NCBI GenBank assembly: GCA_965153355.1
Contig: OZ231126.1
Span: 4,340,001-4,404,000, forward strand
Direction of reading: 5' to 3'
Length of the DNA: 64,000 bases
DNA from: Flaccisagitta enflata
Taxonomy: Eukaryota
In this document: in pieces, positions 54,651 to 64,000 of the stretch
How the letters are laid out: each line of letters starts with the position of its first letter
Position numbering within the stretch: the stretch's first letter is position 1
Position numbers and translations under genes: made by a program
The notes under the pieces: model-generated
Seen by the model: only the letters and a program-made list of their open reading frames with translations
Told to the model about the DNA's origin: nothing
The model's database searches: none

Positions 54651-55035
54651 TAAAAATGTGACCATAATTTCCATTCCAGATTATCTTTCCTGATTTCGTG
54701 ATTCGTGACTTTCATTTTTCTTTCGGGGCGACCTTTTTAGAGAAGGGATAGTGGAAAACTCATATCTGAGCAAACATCATCGAATTTATCTTGAATTGAT
54801 TCATGTTTAAAACGAAGCAAATAATCGAATGTACGCCATAAAAGTTGTGGATCGGCCTGAAAGCCTTTTTGCAAGAGACGACTGACGGATGAAGTAACTT
54901 CGCGAAATTGATTGGCAAATAAACGATAAAAAAACAAAGAAGGGAAGGAGCTAAGAGTCAGAATCTCATCGTAAACAAGTGTCCAATCAGAAAAGCGTAG
55001 ATCCACACAAGAGTCAAATTTTCTAATCATCCGCG

Positions 55036-63518
<8,483 letters not shown>

Positions 63519-63804
63519 GTGAGTTTATCGGCGTATCCAATCATGCAATCATTTAAATCATCCAATCAACCAAATTTAAGAACATGTCTCTGTCCCTTCT
63601 CATCGTTGGTTCTGTTTCTTTCCGTCTTTCTAAACGACTACGCCTTTGTTTCCCGGCTGTTTTAAATATATCTTTGTTTCTTCCTTTCTTTCTGTCTTTC
63701 TTTTACTCTCTCGCTGTCTTTCTTTCATTCTCTCTCCGTCTCTGTCTCTCTCTCTCTGTCTCTCTCTGTCTCTCTCTCTCTGTCTCTCTCTGTCTCTCTC
63801 TCTC

Positions 63805-63971
<167 letters not shown>

Positions 63972-64000
63972 GAACCGTCGTCTGTTAGAGGCTCAGATTC

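Overview
Repeat-rich animal genomic DNA, probably a protostome invertebrate given its FxGxR-amide tachykinin. It has GT-AG spliceosomal introns. Four intron-containing genes were reconstructed by hand, with splice phases checked. (1) Minus strand, 4195-16256: a tachykinin-related neuropeptide precursor carrying a single KR-GPMRGFHGLR-G-KR peptide. (2) 22698-23552: COX7C. (3) 25822-53448: a bestrophin. Eight exons encode the channel core. About 15 further phase-compatible exons appear to add a ~1,200-1,400 aa disordered tail. The Ca2+-clasp is altered and there is a -1 frameshift in the last exon. (4) 55036 to beyond 63518: a divergent, apparently intact RPS2/uS5 paralog whose RGG tail is replaced by (GRDGL)x20 plus a His-rich segment. 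Introns and intergenic DNA hold Helentron-associated (DINE-1/HINE-like) elements, nested MITEs, microsatellites, and a young 5'-truncated Penelope-like element with inverted pLTRs carrying an atypical minimal hammerhead. The most unusual recurring signal is exon-edge 'echo' repeats. At eight exon edges in three genes, the splice junction, the start-codon region or an exon's 3' part is tandemly re-copied into adjacent non-coding DNA, giving ladders of complete donor or acceptor sites. All calls are by eye. No database searches were run, and reference proteins were recalled from memory.
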